DNA of 64,000 bases from an uncultured Prevotellaceae bacterium. GTDB taxonomy: Bacteria; Bacteroidota; Bacteroidia; Bacteroidales; Bacteroidaceae. The notes beneath the pieces are model-generated. The model did no database searches. It was not told the DNA's origin and saw only the letters and a list, made by a program, of their open reading frames with translations. A program made the position numbers and the translations under genes. Every line of letters begins with the position of its first letter. Position 1 is the stretch's first letter. The DNA is taken from NCBI GenBank assembly GCA_902801375.1, contig CADCIB010000012.1, positions 303-64,302 of the forward strand, given 5' to 3'. This document shows positions 61,796-64,000 of this stretch, one piece after another.

Positions 61796-64000
61796 TTATT
61801 TCTTCAACTTCTTCTTATCGCTCTTGAGAAAACTGTCAGCTGTAAGCTGTAAGATATAGTTACGATAGGTCCACTGATATATCATATTCTGGCATTTATA
61901 GCCTTCGTTGCTCAGTCCTTGCTGTCTTCTCACCCGCTTGGCATCTTCGAGCGTGAATTGATCGGGCAACAGCTCCAGCAGGTTCTTCGGTCCTCTTTTG
62001 CCGACGCGCGCCTCGTCGCCGTTGTTGGCCCGCTCGATGTCCTCGCCGAAGAACTGCATCTTGCACCAGAGGTCGTAGTTCAGCGACCACCTGATGAAGT
62101 CCTCGATGCTCTTCTCCCATTTCTGACCATTGGCTACATACAGCACGCAGGCCTTCAGCCATGCGATGACGCAGCCACGATGCGAGAGATTCCAGTAGAC
62201 TTCGTTCTGCGACAGCCTTGCAAACTCTGCGCACTCCTGCTGCAGCTGCTTGGCCAGCTTGTAGGCCTGCGGACAGTCTATCAGCCCACGCGCTGCCACG
62301 AGGTTGTCGATGTAGGGCTTCAGCGCCTCGTCGAAGGCTGCATCATACTGCCCGTAGACGGGCTGGTCGGCTCCGATCTCCATCTCTGGGATGGTGCAGA
62401 AGTTGATGCGCGAGATAGGCCCGTCGGTCAGTACGCGGTTGAAGAACCGCCGCCCTTTTAGGATGGTTGAAGAGGCATTCCAGTTGAAGCGGCACTTCGG
62501 CCTTGCCGTCACGCTCTGGGTGCCAATGCGCGTCTGTCCGTACTCAGCGCCAGGGTCGAAGGCGAGGCACATCAGCTGGAAGTGCTGCTTGCCCGTCTGC
62601 CCGCGCAGCTGCTCGAAGAGGTCCAGCTCGTTGAGCTTCACATAGACGAAATGCCCCTCTGCCTCGTCCATGCGGGTGACCAGTGCAGGCTTCGTCATGT
62701 CGGGGTCGATCATCTGGATGACCAGCCCCTCCGGCCTCGTCATCCTGTCTTTGTTCGCTCCCTTCTTCTGGCAGTCCTTCTTCCACTCGGCCTCTCTCCG
62801 CTCATTCTCCTTGTCGCGCCTGCGGATGTCGGCCATGATGCGACGGATGGGTTCGTCGATGCATCCCTTGCCGGCTCCCGTGTGCGCCATGAGGCAATTC
62901 ATGAGCGTGGCCTCATGTTCCACTTGGTCGGTATAGCAGAAGCGCACGCCGCAGAGGTGCGTGGCCAGTGGCGGGAAGACGGCATGCGCCACGGCTGCCT
63001 TGTAGACCTCTGGCGTCTTCGACGTCAGCAGGCTGACCAGTAAGGGCAGCTTGGCTGGCATCTCTGGCGGGGTGGCCGTCGCTGCCGCCTCTTCCTCCTT
63101 CGCCTCGCCTGCATCCATCTTCTCTCCCAAAGCCTCCAGCACTCCCCTGAGCCTTGCGGGCATCCCTTCGTACTTGCTTGTCAGGGCGTTGCGAATCTTC
63201 TGCCGCTTCTCTTCCAATGGAAAACCATCGTAGCAGGGAATCACCTGGTCGAGCCAGTCGAAGTTCTTGCCGCAGATGTGGCGCAGGTCGGAAGCGAGCT
63301 GGAAGGTCAGTGTGTCGCGGTCACCTTCCGTGGGTTCGAAGCCGTTGTTGTTCAGCTCCCAATACTTTTTCAAGATTTCCGCGAAGGGGATGCCGTGGTA
63401 GTCCGCGGGGTACTGCTTTCGCGGCTTGCCGTCCTGCTGTGCTTCCTCCTGCTTTGCCTCCTCTTTGGGCGCTGCCGCCTCATCCTTGCCGTTCCAGCGC
63501 TGCCAGCGCTCGAGTTCAGCCTTGGTGAGTTTGGCGGGATGGAGGCTGTCGCTAAACATCAGCTTTTCGTCAATGTAGAGAATATACTGGCGGCAGGGGA
63601 TGAACACGGCGCGCTCAGGTTCATGCACCGCCTTGTCGTAGCTGACGTCGCCCAGCTCGTGGGCCATCCATGCCTGCGCCTGCTGGCGCGTCAGTCCCTT
63701 CGGGATGTCGAAGAGCACGTGGCCGCCCGTGCCGCTCACGGAGATGTTTGCCATGTTGACACCCAGCTTCTGCTCACGTCCTTTGAGTTTCTGCTCGTAG
63801 AGCACTTCGAAGTGCTCGCAGCCGTCGAGGTCGATCACGGCCTTGCCCGAATCCTCAGGCTCGCCCGCGTTGCTCTTGTAGCCCTTGGCGAAGTGCGCAT
63901 GCGGCGTGTAGAAGCGGCACCCGCGTTTCTTCCTCGCCTTCAGGGTCTTGTACTCTTCGGCCTTCAGCTCCCCGCGCCGGTATTGTTCCAGCAGGTCGGC
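61796..64000 (-). CDS. VirE-N / DUF3987-like primase-helicase-associated protein (5' end outside window)
   Basis: The frame stays open from 63838 to the window edge (ADLLEQYRRGELKAEEYKTLKARKKRGCRFYTPHAHFAKGYKSNAGEPEDSGKAVIDLDGCEHF...). The N-terminal part (VIDLDGC ... NISVSGTGGHVLFDIPKG) resembles VirE N-terminal / BT4734-like domains. The central part (LMAHTGAGKGCIDEPIRRI) is P-loop-like. Confidence 0.55.
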   Translation of the reverse strand, partial: ADLLEQYRRGELKAEEYKTLKARKKRGCRFYTPHAHFAKGYKSNAGEPEDSGKAVIDLDGCEHFEVLYEQKLKGREQKLGVNMANISVSGTGGHVLFDIPKGLTRQQAQAWMAHELGDVSYDKAVHEPERAVFIPCRQYILYIDEKLMFSDSLHPAKLTKAELERWQRWNGKDEAAAPKEEAKQEEAQQDGKPRKQYPADYHGIPFAEILKKYWELNNNGFEPTEGDRDTLTFQLASDLRHICGKNFDWLDQVIPCYDGFPLEEKRQKIRNALTSKYEGMPARLRGVLEALGEKMDAGEAKEEEAAATATPPEMPAKLPLLVSLLTSKTPEVYKAAVAHAVFPPLATHLCGVRFCYTDQVEHEATLMNCLMAHTGAGKGCIDEPIRRIMADIRRRDKENERREAEWKKDCQKKGANKDRMTRPEGLVIQMIDPDMTKPALVTRMDEAEGHFVYVKLNELDLFEQLRGQTGKQHFQLMCLAFDPGAEYGQTRIGTQSVTARPKCRFNWNASSTILKGRRFFNRVLTDGPISRINFCTIPEMEIGADQPVYGQYDAAFDEALKPYIDNLVAARGLIDCPQAYKLAKQLQQECAEFARLSQNEVYWNLSHRGCVIAWLKACVLYVANGQKWEKSIEDFIRWSLNYDLWCKMQFFGEDIERANNGDEARVGKRGPKNLLELLPDQFTLEDAKRVRRQQGLSNEGYKCQNMIYQWTYRNYILQLTADSFLKSDKKKLKK

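Larger units (their letters stand above)
61211..64000 (-). mobile_element. Edge of a prophage / integrative mobile element (partial)
   Basis: Compact minus-strand genes with overlapping small ORFs, a VirE-N/DUF3987-like replication-associated protein and an NNNPxNIR-motif protein. The low-GC cargo-like gene is adjacent. No integrase or att site is visible in the window. Confidence 0.45.

Overview
Bacteroidota chromosomal window that looks Prevotella-like: G+C-rich by eye, with several visibly AT-richer islets. The phylum call rests on TAnnTTTG -7 promoter boxes upstream of most operons, T9SS C-terminal sorting domains, and lipoproteins with an acidic run after the lipidated Cys. No rRNA, tRNA or CRISPR was seen.

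Layout:
(1) 76-5167: housekeeping and redox genes (TraB/GumN, flavodoxin, DnaQ-like exonuclease, flavin-reductase-like, msrA), a membrane-anchored AraC-type regulator and a small membrane protein.
(2) 5415-34972: a same-strand locus of giant T9SS cargo proteins (2240, 1281, 1271, 1649, 1322 and 451 aa, plus one deletion pseudogene). They are built from GLUG/beta-helix and BspA-type LRR modules. Acidic-tailed lipoproteins, an M15 peptidase and two unannotated small acidic ORFs are interspersed.
(3) 35124-41332: an operon of three putatively surface-exposed lipoproteins plus a putative OM beta-barrel. One lipoprotein is a periplasmic-binding-fold::C13 legumain fusion. A proline iminopeptidase follows.
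(4) 41424-51249: another T9SS protein, a porin-like protein, a GH13-GH43 operon and xylB-xylA.
(5) 51489-52943: a low-GC orphan AAA/PD-(D/E)xK ATPase.
(6) 53101-58247: ampG-like permease plus a GT2-DUF4922-SpoIID triple fusion.
(7) 58475-61069: lipoprotein, DRGH nuclease and a low-GC TPR gene.
(8) 61211-64000: edge of a mobile element or prophage.

Most notable findings: a paired TTYTGCRCA operator with identical geometry at the AraC gene and two T9SS operons; the paralogous small acidic ORFs; the lipoprotein/OMP/legumain operon; recombination scars among the T9SS paralogs; and a nested inverted repeat with a 42-nt perfect palindrome.
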